Origin: Candidatus Margulisiibacteriota bacterium
GTDB taxonomy: Bacteria; Margulisbacteria; WOR-1; O2-12-FULL-45-9; XYB2-FULL-48-7
Assembly (NCBI GenBank): GCA_041661965.1
Contig: JBAZTH010000003.1
Span: 5,107-69,106, forward strand
Length of the DNA stretch: 64,000 bases
Direction of reading: 5' to 3'
Shown here: piece after piece, positions 9,357-19,431 of the stretch
Layout: each line of letters starts with the position of its first letter
Numbering within the stretch: position 1 is the first letter of the stretch
The notes under the pieces: generated by a model
Database searches by the model: none
The model's input: the letters and a program-made list of their open reading frames with translations, nothing else
Told to the model about the DNA's origin: nothing
Made by a program: the position numbers and the translations under genes

Positions 9357-10724
9357 CTAAAATAGCCGTTTTGCCATCACAGGGGTTAATGAATTAGTTG
9401 TTGTACCGTTCCCTAATTGACCATCGGCATTCTTTCCCCAAGCCCAGAGAATGCTGAATGACCAGGTCGTATTTAATGCCAAAGAGAAACTGCCCCCAGC
9501 ACTAATTGCCGTGACCCATCCCAAATCGGAAACCATGATTGGCTTTGATGAATCGGTTGTCGTACCGTTCCCTAATTGACCATTGATATTCTTTCCCCAA
9601 GCCCAGACAGTGCCATCGTCTATCAGTGCCAAAGACGAGCTACATCCGGCACTGATTGCTGTGACCTGCCTTAAACCGTAAACAGTAACGGGGATTGACG
9701 AATTAGTTGTCGAGTCGTTCCCTAATTGTCCCCAAAAATTATATCCCCAGGCCTTGACCGTTCCGTCATGCAATAAAGCCAAAGAGTGATCGCATCCGGC
9801 ACTGATCGCCATAACTTCCCCCAAACCGGAAACCATGACGGGCGTTGACGAATCGGTTGTCGTACCGTTCCCTAATTGTCCCAAAATATTACTCCCCCAG
9901 GCCCTGACCGTTCCGTCATGCAATAAGGCCAAAGAGTGATCGCCGCCGGCACTGATTGCTGTGACCTGTCTTAAACCGTAAACAGTTATGGGAGTTGGCG
10001 AACTAGTTGTCGCACCGTTCCCTAATTGTCCCCAATAATTAAATCCCCAAGCCCTGACCGTCCCGTCACGCAATAATGCCATAGAGTGAAGGCCTCCAGC
10101 ACTGATTGCCGCGACTTCCCTCAAACCGGAAACCATGACGGGGGTAGGTGAATTAGTTATTGTGAGATCCCCTAATTCACCATTATGATTAGACCCCCAG
10201 GCCCTGACCGTCCCGTCACGCAATAATGCCATAGAGTGAAAGTCTCCAGCATTGATTGCCACGACTTCCCTCAAACCGGAAACCATAATGGGTGTTGCTG
10301 AAGGGCTTGACGTTGTCTTGCCGTTTCCTAATTGGCCAAAATAATTACTGCCCCAGGCCCAGACCGAACCATCATCTTTTAGCGATAAGGAGTGATAGGC
10401 CCCGGCACTAATTTTATTCTCCGGCGGCGTTGACTTACTGCCTTTGATCGATCCGCTTGGTGATAGAGCGGATATTTTTTTACTTATATCTTCAGCGTTA
10501 TAGAATATATAACTGAAAGCTGCAGCTGCCGAAACTATCCCGGCTCCTATTGCGCCCCATCTTTTCCAGGGACAACCGCGGAGCCGTTCATCTTTTCTGT
10601 TAATATTAGCCAGTTCCATTCTAGTTGTGGTGAGTCTTGTGGTTACTCTTTCAATTGCCATTTTATTTCTCTCCTGAATTTCCGATCCCAAGTATTTATC
10701 GGTAAAAAACAAGCCAAATTTCAT
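9357..10724 (-). CDS. Membrane-anchored RCC1-repeat (beta-propeller) protein
   Basis: N-terminal TM segment followed by about 7 repeats of the form DGTVxAWGxNxxGQLGNGTTT...HSLAL, as in RCC1/ATS1. The start could instead be the internal M at about 10661. Confidence 0.7.
   Translation of the reverse strand: MKFGLFFTDKYLGSEIQERNKMAIERVTTRLTTTRMELANINRKDERLRGCPWKRWGAIGAGIVSAAAAFSYIFYNAEDISKKISALSPSGSIKGSKSTPPENKISAGAYHSLSLKDDGSVWAWGSNYFGQLGNGKTTSSPSATPIMVSGLREVVAINAGDFHSMALLRDGTVRAWGSNHNGELGDLTITNSPTPVMVSGLREVAAISAGGLHSMALLRDGTVRAWGFNYWGQLGNGATTSSPTPITVYGLRQVTAISAGGDHSLALLHDGTVRAWGSNILGQLGNGTTTDSSTPVMVSGLGEVMAISAGCDHSLALLHDGTVKAWGYNFWGQLGNDSTTNSSIPVTVYGLRQVTAISAGCSSSLALIDDGTVWAWGKNINGQLGNGTTTDSSKPIMVSDLGWVTAISAGGSFSLALNTTWSFSILWAWGKNADGQLGNGTTTNSLTPVMAKRLF
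9450..10420. repeat. Intragenic tandem DNA repeats (about 150-bp period, about 7 copies, high identity) encoding the RCC1 blades
   Basis: Near-identical stretches seen directly, e.g. 9660-9810 vs 9960-10110 (ctgtgacctgcttaaaccgtaaacagt...). Confidence 0.7.
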
Positions 10725-10759
10725 TGAGAATTCAACGAATATGATATAATACCCGAGCT

Positions 10760-11359
10760 ATGTACGCCGATTCACTGGCTAATATGATCAATGAATTGCA
10801 AAAGCTCCCCGGGATCGGGCCCAAGTCGGCCCAGCGGCTTGCTTTTCATTTGTTAGGCTGTACCGACAAGGGGATCGCCGACCTCTTGGGTGCGATCCGT
10901 TTGGCCAAGGAGACCATCCGCCACTGTTCGGTCTGTTTCAACATCACCGACATTGACCCCTGTAAGGTTTGTGCCGATACCAATCGCGACTCTGCCTCTC
11001 TTTGCGTGGTCGCCGAGCCGAAAGATCTGGTGGCAATCGAGCGTTCTGGTGTGTATAATGGCAAATATCATGTCTTGGGCGGAGTGATCTCCCCTCTGGA
11101 TGGAATGGACCCGGAAAGTTTGAGGATCAAAGAATTACTTACCCGCCTCGGTAAGGAAGAGATAAAAGAGATCGTTTTGGCGGTCAATTCCACGACCGAA
11201 GGAGAAGCGACTATTATCTACCTGACCAGGTTGATCAAGCCCCTGGGGATTAAACTGACCAGGATCGCTTACGGTCTGCCGGTTGGAGCGGATATGGATT
11301 ACGCCGATCCGGCGACTCTTTACAAAGCCCTGGAAGGGCGAAGAGAGGTAATGTCATGA
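10760..11359 (+). CDS. recR: Recombination protein RecR
   Basis: HhH (LPGIGPKSAQRLAFHL), C4 zinc finger (CSVCFNITDIDPCKVC) and Toprim region; 199 aa. Confidence 0.9.
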   Translation: MYADSLANMINELQKLPGIGPKSAQRLAFHLLGCTDKGIADLLGAIRLAKETIRHCSVCFNITDIDPCKVCADTNRDSASLCVVAEPKDLVAIERSGVYNGKYHVLGGVISPLDGMDPESLRIKELLTRLGKEEIKEIVLAVNSTTEGEATIIYLTRLIKPLGIKLTRIAYGLPVGADMDYADPATLYKALEGRREVMS

Positions 11360-12057
11360 ACTTATTAAAATGGTACTGGGGGACTTGGTGGCAGATCATG
11401 GCCCGCCCGATTTATTTCTACGCTAAGCTGGCCGAGGAAAATTGGAAAGAGAAGTCTTATTCCTTTTTCCTGGTTACCGCCTGGCTTCTTTCTTTCGCCC
11501 TGACCCTGGCGATCTTCTTTTTCCAGTATCTGCCGATCGGCCAGACCCTGATCGAAGGGATTACCGGTTATAAATTGATCCTGATCATGCCGGTGATGAT
11601 TACCCTGGCTTTTGTCTTTTTCCTGATCACCTTTTTTATCCTGGCCGGTTTATTGGTCGTCGGCTTAACGGCCACTTTTTTTGCCCTGGCCTACGTTTTT
11701 CATTATGTTTATCTAATGTTGGGAGGGAAGGGGTCGGCCCCGCGGACCCTGCAATGTCTTTTTTACAGTTCCGCTTTCCTGCTTGGCGCGTTCCTGATGG
11801 TTATCGTTGCTTTCCTGACCCGCTACGAGCTCTTGTCGTTCGAGCTTTTCCGGGTCGGTTATAATTTTATTTTCGTGCTGATGATCGTTTACGTTTATGG
11901 AATTTGGGCGGTGGTCGGCCGCCGAGTTTACGGCGTGCCTAAGTGGAAAGCCTTTGCCGGCGCGCTGGTCCCCGTGGTAATAATGTTGATTTTTGTGTTC
12001 GTGTTTGATAAAATCGGAATGGAAAGGTTGAAATCATGGATAACACCGTTGAAATAA
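11356..12057 (+). CDS. Polytopic integral membrane protein (Yip1-like?)
   Basis: 233 aa with 5-6 hydrophobic helices; overlaps the recR stop and the porG start (operon member). Confidence 0.45.
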   Translation: MNLLKWYWGTWWQIMARPIYFYAKLAEENWKEKSYSFFLVTAWLLSFALTLAIFFFQYLPIGQTLIEGITGYKLILIMPVMITLAFVFFLITFFILAGLLVVGLTATFFALAYVFHYVYLMLGGKGSAPRTLQCLFYSSAFLLGAFLMVIVAFLTRYELLSFELFRVGYNFIFVLMIVYVYGIWAVVGRRVYGVPKWKAFAGALVPVVIMLIFVFVFDKIGMERLKSWITPLK

Positions 12058-12611
12058 GATGGCATGGACGTGGCGGACAAGGGGCTAAGACCGCAGCGCT
12101 TCTCTTAGGAGAAGCGGCAATGTCTCTGGGTAAGTACATTCAGGCGTTTCCGGAATATGGACCGGAAAGGATGGGGGCCCCGGTTGCTTCGTTTAACCGG
12201 ATCTCCAGCCAGCCGATCAATCTCCACTGTTCGATCACCAATCCCAGCCTGGTCGTGGTCCTTGACCCGACCCTGATGGGAAAGGTCGACGTGACCGAAG
12301 GCCTGCCGGCCGATGGTTCGATCATTGTCAACACTACTTTGGCCCCGGCGGAGATCAAAAAACAGCTGGGGAAGGGGATCAAGGTCTTTACCGTTGATGC
12401 TTCCGGTATTTCCAAAGCAACGATCGGACGAGATATCCCCAATACCCCGATGCTGGGGGCCCTGGCCAAGGTCAGCGGCCTGCTTGAGTTCGACATGATG
12501 ATGAAAGATATGGAAAAGAAACTGTCCGAAAAATTCAAGAATAAACCCGAGATCGTCAAAGGGAACCTGGAAGCGATCGAACGGGCGTATAACGAGGTAC
12601 ACGGAGAATGA
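12036..12611 (+). CDS. porG: Pyruvate/2-oxoacid:ferredoxin oxidoreductase gamma subunit
   Basis: WHGRGGQGAKTAA motif typical of POR gamma; gene order gamma-delta-alpha-beta. Confidence 0.8.
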   Translation: MDNTVEIRWHGRGGQGAKTAALLLGEAAMSLGKYIQAFPEYGPERMGAPVASFNRISSQPINLHCSITNPSLVVVLDPTLMGKVDVTEGLPADGSIIVNTTLAPAEIKKQLGKGIKVFTVDASGISKATIGRDIPNTPMLGALAKVSGLLEFDMMMKDMEKKLSEKFKNKPEIVKGNLEAIERAYNEVHGE

Positions 12612-12898
12612 CAGAAAAACCAGGCTGGAAAAAATTGCCCCAGGGAGATGTTGTTCAGGCGGGGACCGCGGAAGCCTTTGAGACCGGCGATTGGCGGAGC
12701 GAGCGGCCGACCTGGCATCCCGACCGTTGCATCCAGTGTCTGCAATGCTGGATCTATTGTCCCGACTCTTCGATCATAGTTAAAGACGCGAAAATGACCG
12801 GCATCGATTACAAACATTGTAAGGGATGCGGGATCTGCGCGAAAGAATGCCCCGTGAAGCCGGAAAAGGCGATCACGATGGGGCCGGAAGGAAAGTAG
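12608..12898 (+). CDS. porD: POR delta subunit (2x[4Fe-4S] ferredoxin)
   Basis: CIQCLQCWIYCP and CKGCGICAKECP cluster motifs; 96 aa. Confidence 0.8.
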   Translation: MTEKPGWKKLPQGDVVQAGTAEAFETGDWRSERPTWHPDRCIQCLQCWIYCPDSSIIVKDAKMTGIDYKHCKGCGICAKECPVKPEKAITMGPEGK

Positions 12899-12899
12899 T

Positions 12900-14072
12900 A
12901 TGGTTAAGGTTGTAGCAAAAACAGGCAATGAGGCGATGGCGGAGGCGATGCGCCAGATCAATCCCGATGTTGTCGCGGCTTACCCGATCACTCCGGCGAC
13001 CGAGATCGTCATGATCTTCGCCAAGTACGTGGCCGATGGATTGGTTGATACCGAATTTGTGGCGGTCGAGTCCGAGCATTCCGCGATGTCGGCGTGCGTC
13101 GGCGCTTCCGCGGCCGGCGGCCGGGTCATGACCGGGACCTCTTCGCAAGGCTTGGTCTATATGTACGAGATCTTGCCGATCGCCGCTTCACTCCGTTTGC
13201 CGATCGTCATGTGCGACGTCAACCGGGCGATCTCCGGGCCGATCAATATCCATTGCGACCATTCCGATACGATGGCGGCCAAAGACTTCGGCTGGGTCCA
13301 GATGTTTTCCGAAAATTCCCAAGAAGCCTACGATGGTCTGATCCAAGCGATCCGGATCGCCGAAGATCCCCGGCTCCGCTTGCCGACCATGGTTACGACC
13401 GACGGTTTTATCATCAGCCACTGCATGGACAAGATCGAACTCCTTGATGACGCCGACGTTAAGAAATTCGTCGGGGCCGAACGCAAGGCCGAGGTCCGCT
13501 TGTTGGACCTCGACAAGCCGGTGACCATCGGCCTGATCGACCTTCAGGATTATTACTTCGAGCACCGCTGCCAGGTCGCCGACGCGATGAAAAACGCCAA
13601 ACAAGTCATTTTAGAAGTGGCTGACGAATTTGCCAAAAAGTTCGGCCGCAAGTACGGCTTGATCGAAGGCTACCAGCTTGATGACGCCGAATATGTTGTG
13701 GTTGCCCTTGGTTCGACCTGCGGCACCGCTAAAGTGGTCGTTGACGAAATGCGGGCCAAAGGGGTTAAAGCCGGCCTGCTCAAGATCCGGGTCTTCCGGC
13801 CGTTCCCGGCGGAAGAAATTACCGCCGCGCTTAGCAAGGCCAAAGCGGTCGCCATCCTTGACCGGTCAGACACCTGGTCGGCGCAGGGGGGGCATGTTTT
13901 CACCGAGGTTCGTTCAGGCATGTTTGATCTTAAGGTCCGGCCCAAAATGATCAATTACATTTATGGATTGGGCGGCCGCGAGATCAATCTGGACCACATC
14001 CGCCAGGTCTTCGGCGAGCTCCAGAACGTTGATAAACAGCCTTTAGTCCAATATTTAGGAGTAAGAGAGTAA
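12900..14072 (+). CDS. porA: POR alpha subunit
   Basis: 390 aa; typical POR alpha N-terminus (GNEAMAEAMRQINPDVVAAYPITPATE). Confidence 0.85.
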   Translation: MVKVVAKTGNEAMAEAMRQINPDVVAAYPITPATEIVMIFAKYVADGLVDTEFVAVESEHSAMSACVGASAAGGRVMTGTSSQGLVYMYEILPIAASLRLPIVMCDVNRAISGPINIHCDHSDTMAAKDFGWVQMFSENSQEAYDGLIQAIRIAEDPRLRLPTMVTTDGFIISHCMDKIELLDDADVKKFVGAERKAEVRLLDLDKPVTIGLIDLQDYYFEHRCQVADAMKNAKQVILEVADEFAKKFGRKYGLIEGYQLDDAEYVVVALGSTCGTAKVVVDEMRAKGVKAGLLKIRVFRPFPAEEITAALSKAKAVAILDRSDTWSAQGGHVFTEVRSGMFDLKVRPKMINYIYGLGGREINLDHIRQVFGELQNVDKQPLVQYLGVRE

Positions 14073-15004
14073 TGGCAAATTTAAAGGAATTATCCAAAAG
14101 ACAAGACCCCTTAACCGGCGGCCATCGGCTTTGTCCCGGCTGCGGCGCCTCGATCGTCGTTCGCCAGGTCCTGCTCGCTTCGAAAGACCCGGTAGTGGTC
14201 GTTTCCGCGACCGGTTGTCTGGAAGTTTCGACCACGATTTTCCCGTATGCCGCCTGGCAGGTTCCCTTCCTGCACAACGCGTTTGAAAACGCCGCCGCGA
14301 CGATGTCGGGGGTTGAGGCCTACTACCAGTTCCTGAAACGAAAAGGGAAGACCTCCCAGCACATCAATTTTGTCGCTTTTGGCGGCGACGGCGGGACCTA
14401 CGATATCGGGCTGCAGTCCCTTTCCGGCGCGCTGGAGCGAGGACATGACCTGACTTACGTTTGCTACAACAATCAGGCTTACATGAACACCGGTATTCAG
14501 CGATCGAGCGCCACGCCGAAAGGGGCGAACACGACCACGGAACCGGCCGGCAAGATCAAGCAGGGGAAGATGATGAACCGCAAGGATCTTACCGAGATCA
14601 TCGTTGCGCACGCCATTCCTTACGTCGCTCAAGCGACGGTCGGGAACTGGGCCGACCTGACCCGCAAAGCCGAGAAAGCGTTTTCGATCCGCGGACCGAA
14701 GTTTCTCAATGTTCTTCAACCGTGCCGTTTAGGCTGGGCGTACAAGCCGGAAGATACCGGAGTTGTCGGTCGTTTGGCGGCGGAGACCTGTTTCTGGCCG
14801 CTCTATGAAGTCGAGAACGGCGTTTACAAAGTGACCAAACCGCGGGAAAAGAAACCGGTGACCGAGTTCCTGAAAACCCAGGACCGGTTTCGCCATCTTT
14901 TCAAACCCGGGAACGAGCAGTTGATCGCGGATATTCAAGCGGAAGTCGACCAGCGCTGGGCATTGCTTTTGGCCAAGGAAGCCCCGGCGAAGGCGGCGGG
15001 ATAA
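14072..15004 (+). CDS. porB: POR beta subunit (TPP-binding)
   Basis: CPGCG and GDGG TPP-binding motifs; 310 aa. Confidence 0.85.
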   Translation: MANLKELSKRQDPLTGGHRLCPGCGASIVVRQVLLASKDPVVVVSATGCLEVSTTIFPYAAWQVPFLHNAFENAAATMSGVEAYYQFLKRKGKTSQHINFVAFGGDGGTYDIGLQSLSGALERGHDLTYVCYNNQAYMNTGIQRSSATPKGANTTTEPAGKIKQGKMMNRKDLTEIIVAHAIPYVAQATVGNWADLTRKAEKAFSIRGPKFLNVLQPCRLGWAYKPEDTGVVGRLAAETCFWPLYEVENGVYKVTKPREKKPVTEFLKTQDRFRHLFKPGNEQLIADIQAEVDQRWALLLAKEAPAKAAG

Positions 15005-15016
15005 GAGGAGGATAGT

Positions 15017-15304
15017 ATGAACAAGAAGCAATTGGCGGGAAAAGTCGCGGATAAATCTGATTTGACCAAAGCTCAAGCGGAAGCTCTGATCGACGTTGTT
15101 TTAAAAGAGATCGAAGAAGCGTTAACCCGTAATGACAAAGTCAGACTGGTTGGGTTCGGTAATTTTGTGGTCAGAAAGCGGAAGGGCCGTATTGGCCGGA
15201 ACCCGCAGACTGGAGCGCAGATCACCATCGATGATTCCAAATCTCCGGCTTTCGTTCCGGGGATCAATCTCAAGAACGCGATCAAAGGCAAACCGAGCGC
15301 TTGA
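15017..15304 (+). CDS. hup: HU/IHF-family DNA-binding protein
   Basis: 95 aa; ...GFGNFVVRKRKGRIGRNPQTGAQI... beta-arm signature. Confidence 0.85.
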   Translation: MNKKQLAGKVADKSDLTKAQAEALIDVVLKEIEEALTRNDKVRLVGFGNFVVRKRKGRIGRNPQTGAQITIDDSKSPAFVPGINLKNAIKGKPSA

Positions 15305-16815
15305 CGACTCTTGATGAAGAGTTAAGCAGTCTATTAGAGGTCCTGCCGCCGCTGGTCAAGCAAGCGATAGTCGCTCATCCCGAGATCAAAGGCTTGGTCG
15401 AGGTTGTTTTGGACCTCGGTAAACCGGCCGAAGCCCGTTTTTCCCACAACGTTCATTATTTCCCCGAAATGACGACCTCCCAGGACGACATCGATCATGT
15501 TGTCGGTAAAGTCGGCGATTTTACAACTGATAACCGGGCCGGGGTGGAACGGACTTTGCACCGAATATCTTGTATCCGCAACCGGCGGGGGAAGATCATC
15601 GGTTTGACCTGCCGGGTCGGCCGGACCATCATCGGCACCATTGATATTATCAGGGACGTTGTCGAATCAGGGAAAAACGTCCTCTTTGTCGGACCGCCGG
15701 GAAGCGGGAAGACCACCAAACTGCGCGAAGCGGCCCGGGTCTTGAGCGAACAGTTCAAGAAGCGGGTGATCGTGGTCGATACCTCCAACGAGATCGGCGG
15801 CGACGGCGATATTCCCCACCCGGCGATCGGCAGCGCCCGCCGGATGCAAGTTCCATCCCCGGATTTTCAGCACAAGGTCATGATCGAAGCGGTTGAGAAC
15901 CACATGCCGGAAGTCATTATTGTGGACGAGATCGGGACCGAAGCGGAAGCGGCCGCCTGCAAGACGATCGCCGAACGGGGCGTCCAGCTGATCGGCACCG
16001 CCCACGGGGTGACTTTCGGTAATATTATCAGCAATCCGACCCTGACCGACCTGGTCGGCGGGATCCAATCGGTTATTTTAGGCGATGAAGAAGCCAAACG
16101 CCGCCATACCCAGAAAGCGGTCCTGGAAAGAAAAGGGCCGCCGGCGTTCGATATCGCCGTCGAGATCCAGGAGCGCGACAAGTTCGCGATCTACGGCGAT
16201 GTTGCCCGCTCGGTCGACGCGATCCTGCGCGGCTTCCCGATCCAGCCGGAGATCCGGGTCCGCAAACCGGACGGCAAGATCGAAATTTCGCAAAAAGCGC
16301 TCGAACCGATGGAAATGCCCTCGGATGAAGAGCTTATCCGGGGCGAGGCGGAAAAGGGCGACGGCCCGGTCCGTATTTATCCTTTTGGCGTCAATAAACA
16401 GACTATTGAGCGCTCGCTCCGGGCGCTGCAGCTTCCCGCGGTTGTCGCGTCCGAGATCGATAACGCCGACCTGATCCTGACCGTCAGGTCTAAAGCCAGG
16501 GCGGGGACTAAGATCATGCTGGCGGCGGAAGAGAGGAACATCCAGGTCCACGTGATCAAAAAGAACGTTTCCTCGCAGATCATCAAATTCCTGAAGTTTT
16601 ATTTCGGCACGGCCGGGAAAGAAGAGAACGAAGCGGTCGCCATGCGGGAAGTGGAAGAGGCGATCGACGAGATCAGGAAAGGAAAGAAGGCGACCGATCT
16701 CAATCCCCAAAATTCCTACTTGCGCCGTCTCCAGCACCAGCGGGCCGATGAAGCGGGCTTGCATTCCGAGTCGGTGGGCGAGGAGCCGAAGCGGCGGGTC
16801 AGACTTTATCCCTGA
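15301..16815 (+). CDS. AAA-type ATPase of the SpoIIIAA/ycf45-like family with a C-terminal R3H-like extension
   Basis: Walker A LFVGPPGSGKTT, Walker B IIVDEIG; overlaps the hup stop; apparent TTG start. Confidence 0.5.
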   Translation: MTTLDEELSSLLEVLPPLVKQAIVAHPEIKGLVEVVLDLGKPAEARFSHNVHYFPEMTTSQDDIDHVVGKVGDFTTDNRAGVERTLHRISCIRNRRGKIIGLTCRVGRTIIGTIDIIRDVVESGKNVLFVGPPGSGKTTKLREAARVLSEQFKKRVIVVDTSNEIGGDGDIPHPAIGSARRMQVPSPDFQHKVMIEAVENHMPEVIIVDEIGTEAEAAACKTIAERGVQLIGTAHGVTFGNIISNPTLTDLVGGIQSVILGDEEAKRRHTQKAVLERKGPPAFDIAVEIQERDKFAIYGDVARSVDAILRGFPIQPEIRVRKPDGKIEISQKALEPMEMPSDEELIRGEAEKGDGPVRIYPFGVNKQTIERSLRALQLPAVVASEIDNADLILTVRSKARAGTKIMLAAEERNIQVHVIKKNVSSQIIKFLKFYFGTAGKEENEAVAMREVEEAIDEIRKGKKATDLNPQNSYLRRLQHQRADEAGLHSESVGEEPKRRVRLYP

Positions 16816-16833
16816 TAAACCAGAGGGTTGTAA

Positions 16834-17763
16834 TTATTGTAACTGCGGCAGGGTATAAGTAGGGTACAGCTTTCTTTCCCGCATAAACAAATCTAATTTA
16901 GACCCTCGAACTATCATTGTGCGAAGGCCGGACAATACAAGATAATCTTCTAATGCTCTTTTCTCGTTTGGAAAAGAGGGGTCAATCCACGGTGGAACAT
17001 AGCCTAACTCCCAAGCGTGAAGCCCGGAAAGAACTAATAAACTATCGATCCCCGCGTTGCTTGCCCCTAAAATATCTGTTTCCAATGTATCCCCAATCGC
17101 AAGGATGCGATTTTTGGGCAATCCATTGAGCCTTTGAAACGCAAGTTGATACATGTAAAAGAATGGCTTGCCGATGCCAATTGGGGTAATTCCAGTTTGT
17201 TCTTCAAATTGTTTGCCAATATAGCCGGGTCCGGATGATTGCGAACTGGTGTCTATTGGGATCATTTTATCGGTATTTACCAATAGTGCTGGTTTTCTTC
17301 CTTCTTTACATAATTTCCAGGCCAATGAATAATTTCTTAAATTATATTCTTCAACATGATGACCAAGGATTGCGGCTTCGGCTTCTAACGACTCAACCAA
17401 TATGCCTCCGGCTCTTTTAACGTATTCCTCGGTAGCTTGATTGCCGACGCAAATCAGGGGTTTCCCTTTTAAGCCCAGCTCTTCCAAGGCGATTGATAGA
17501 GCGCTACCGGCTGTGATTACATGCTTTTCATCAGTTTTAACGCCCTGAGCCGCTAGTTCACTACAGAGCTGCTCCGGTAAATGGCTCGCGGTGTTTGAAA
17601 AGATAAACACTTCTTTGCCTTGATCCTGTAATTCTCTCAAGGCTTTATATGCCCTGGGGAAGGGAGCGGTGGCTGTTCTAAGCACGCCATAATTATCGAC
17701 TAGAACAGCACTGTATTTGTTTGTTATATGAAATAAGGTTGGATTTGTTTTCATAAGACCCAT
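16834..17763 (-). CDS. HAD-superfamily IIA hydrolase
   Basis: VDNYGVL (motif I), ...FSNT..., and GDTLETDILGASNAGIDSLLVLSG (motifs III/IV); GC content is locally lower than the surroundings. Confidence 0.6.
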   Translation of the reverse strand: MGLMKTNPTLFHITNKYSAVLVDNYGVLRTATAPFPRAYKALRELQDQGKEVFIFSNTASHLPEQLCSELAAQGVKTDEKHVITAGSALSIALEELGLKGKPLICVGNQATEEYVKRAGGILVESLEAEAAILGHHVEEYNLRNYSLAWKLCKEGRKPALLVNTDKMIPIDTSSQSSGPGYIGKQFEEQTGITPIGIGKPFFYMYQLAFQRLNGLPKNRILAIGDTLETDILGASNAGIDSLLVLSGLHAWELGYVPPWIDPSFPNEKRALEDYLVLSGLRTMIVRGSKLDLFMRERKLYPTYTLPQLQ

Positions 17764-17801
17764 CGATGTTTCGTTAAACTTTGCGGTTAATTTCAGCGGT
17801 A

Positions 17802-19388
17802 TTATGTTTTTTTATAAACCAGGTGCTTCTGCCAGTTTTTATCGTCGGTCGCTGGGTAATCGGTCCGGTAGTGGGCGCCTCTCGATTCTTGGCGGTCAAG
17901 GGCCGCTTTAGCGATCAATTTTGAGATCAAGAGCATATTCTTCAATTCCAGTTCTTCAACTGAACCGACCGGGTAGATCAAATCTTTCTCCAGCTTTTCC
18001 AGTTTAAGCCGGGTGTTTTCCAAACTTTCCTGCGAACGGATAATTCCGGCCCCGTTCCACATCGCGGTTTTAATGATCAGCTTGTAACGTTGGATTTCGA
18101 AGTCTTTAAAACGCGGTTTAAGATTTGGCATTTGAGATTTTAGGCTTGTTTCGAATTTAGTTAGTATTTCGGATTTAGCCGCTAAAGCGGCCCGGTGGCC
18201 GAAGACCAGCCCTTCAAGCAGGGAATTGGAAGCCAGTCGGTTGGCGCCGTGGACCCCGGTGGAGGCGCATTCACCGGCGGCATAGAGACCGGGGATGTTT
18301 GACTGGCCGTCGATATCGGTCTTGATCCCCCCCATAAAATAATGGGCGGCCGGAGCGACCGGGATGTTGTCGCGGGTGATGTCGAGCCCGCGGTCAAGGC
18401 AGGTTTTGTAGATCATCGGGAACCGGTGCTTGATTTTTTCGGCGTTGATCCCTTTCAGAGAGAGGAAAACATGGTCTTCGCCGGTCGTTTTCAGCTCCTC
18501 GATGATCGCTCGCGAGACGACATCGCGCGGCGCCAGTTCACTGATAAATCGTTCGCCCCGGTTGTTTAACAGGACCCCTCCTTCGCCGCGGACCGCTTCC
18601 GAGATCAGAAAGCGGGGGAGGGCGACGATATCTTCAAATTGTTTGAACTGAACCAAGGCGGTTGGGTGGAATTGGACGAATTCCATGTCGGTCACGGCGG
18701 CGCCGGCCCGGTAAGCCATGGCGATCCCGTCACCGGTCGTAAAAGGCGGGTTGGTCGTATAAAGATAGATCTGGCAGACCCCGCCGGTCGCGACTAGGAC
18801 CGCTTTGGCTTGATAGGTATTGACCAAGCCGGTTTTGCTCTCCAGCGCGCGGGCCCCGATACAGCGGCCATTGTCCATTAGCAGGTCGATCCCCATCATT
18901 CCCTGGTGAATTATGACCTTGTTTTCACTGACGACCCGGCGGCCAAGGGTCTTTTCGATCTCTTTGCCGGTCTCGTCTCCGGCGTGGAGGATGCGGCGGC
19001 GTTTATGCGCCCCTTCAAGGGCGAGGGCAAACTCGCCGCTGGCTTCGGTTTCGGCCCGATCGAAGCGGGCTCCCATTTGGATCAGTTCTTTGACCCGATC
19101 GATCCCTTCGGTGACCAGGATCCGGACCGCTTTTTCGTCGCATAATCCGGCGCCGGCGGCGATGGTATCTTCAAAATGGAACTCGGTTGAGTCGCGGAGC
19201 TGGTCGATAGCGGCGGCAATCCCGCCTTGGGCTTTTTCGGTGGCGCTTTCGCCGATTTTCCCTTTGGTCAGGATGACGACCCGTCCGTATTTACTGGCTT
19301 CGAGAGCGGCCGAAAGACCGGCAATCCCGCCGCCGATGATCAAAAAATCACAGGAAAAGAGGTTATCCGACATAAATTCATTATACAC
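17802..19388 (-). CDS. nadB: L-aspartate oxidase
   Basis: FAD-binding DFLIIGGGIAGLSAAL, RSHTVAAxGG-type motifs and C-terminal SRGAHYRTDYP; 528 aa (start may be the M at 19373). Confidence 0.85.
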   Translation of the reverse strand: MYNEFMSDNLFSCDFLIIGGGIAGLSAALEASKYGRVVILTKGKIGESATEKAQGGIAAAIDQLRDSTEFHFEDTIAAGAGLCDEKAVRILVTEGIDRVKELIQMGARFDRAETEASGEFALALEGAHKRRRILHAGDETGKEIEKTLGRRVVSENKVIIHQGMMGIDLLMDNGRCIGARALESKTGLVNTYQAKAVLVATGGVCQIYLYTTNPPFTTGDGIAMAYRAGAAVTDMEFVQFHPTALVQFKQFEDIVALPRFLISEAVRGEGGVLLNNRGERFISELAPRDVVSRAIIEELKTTGEDHVFLSLKGINAEKIKHRFPMIYKTCLDRGLDITRDNIPVAPAAHYFMGGIKTDIDGQSNIPGLYAAGECASTGVHGANRLASNSLLEGLVFGHRAALAAKSEILTKFETSLKSQMPNLKPRFKDFEIQRYKLIIKTAMWNGAGIIRSQESLENTRLKLEKLEKDLIYPVGSVEELELKNMLLISKLIAKAALDRQESRGAHYRTDYPATDDKNWQKHLVYKKT

Positions 19389-19431
19389 CAGGGGAGTGGA
19401 AAGTTAAATTAAAGTAGGCTATAATCTTGTC

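Noticed and set aside
9450-10420. Considered whether the regular about 150-bp repeats could be a CRISPR array
   Set aside because: The period is far too long. The repeats are coding (RCC1 blades in one continuous ORF), with no unique spacers and no cas genes nearby.
12140-12961. 273-aa minus-strand ORF
   Set aside because: Antisense to porG/porD, which carry clear catalytic motifs on the plus strand.
16078-16764. 228-aa minus-strand ORF
   Set aside because: Antisense within the SpoIIIAA-like ATPase gene; Arg/Asp-rich shadow ORF.
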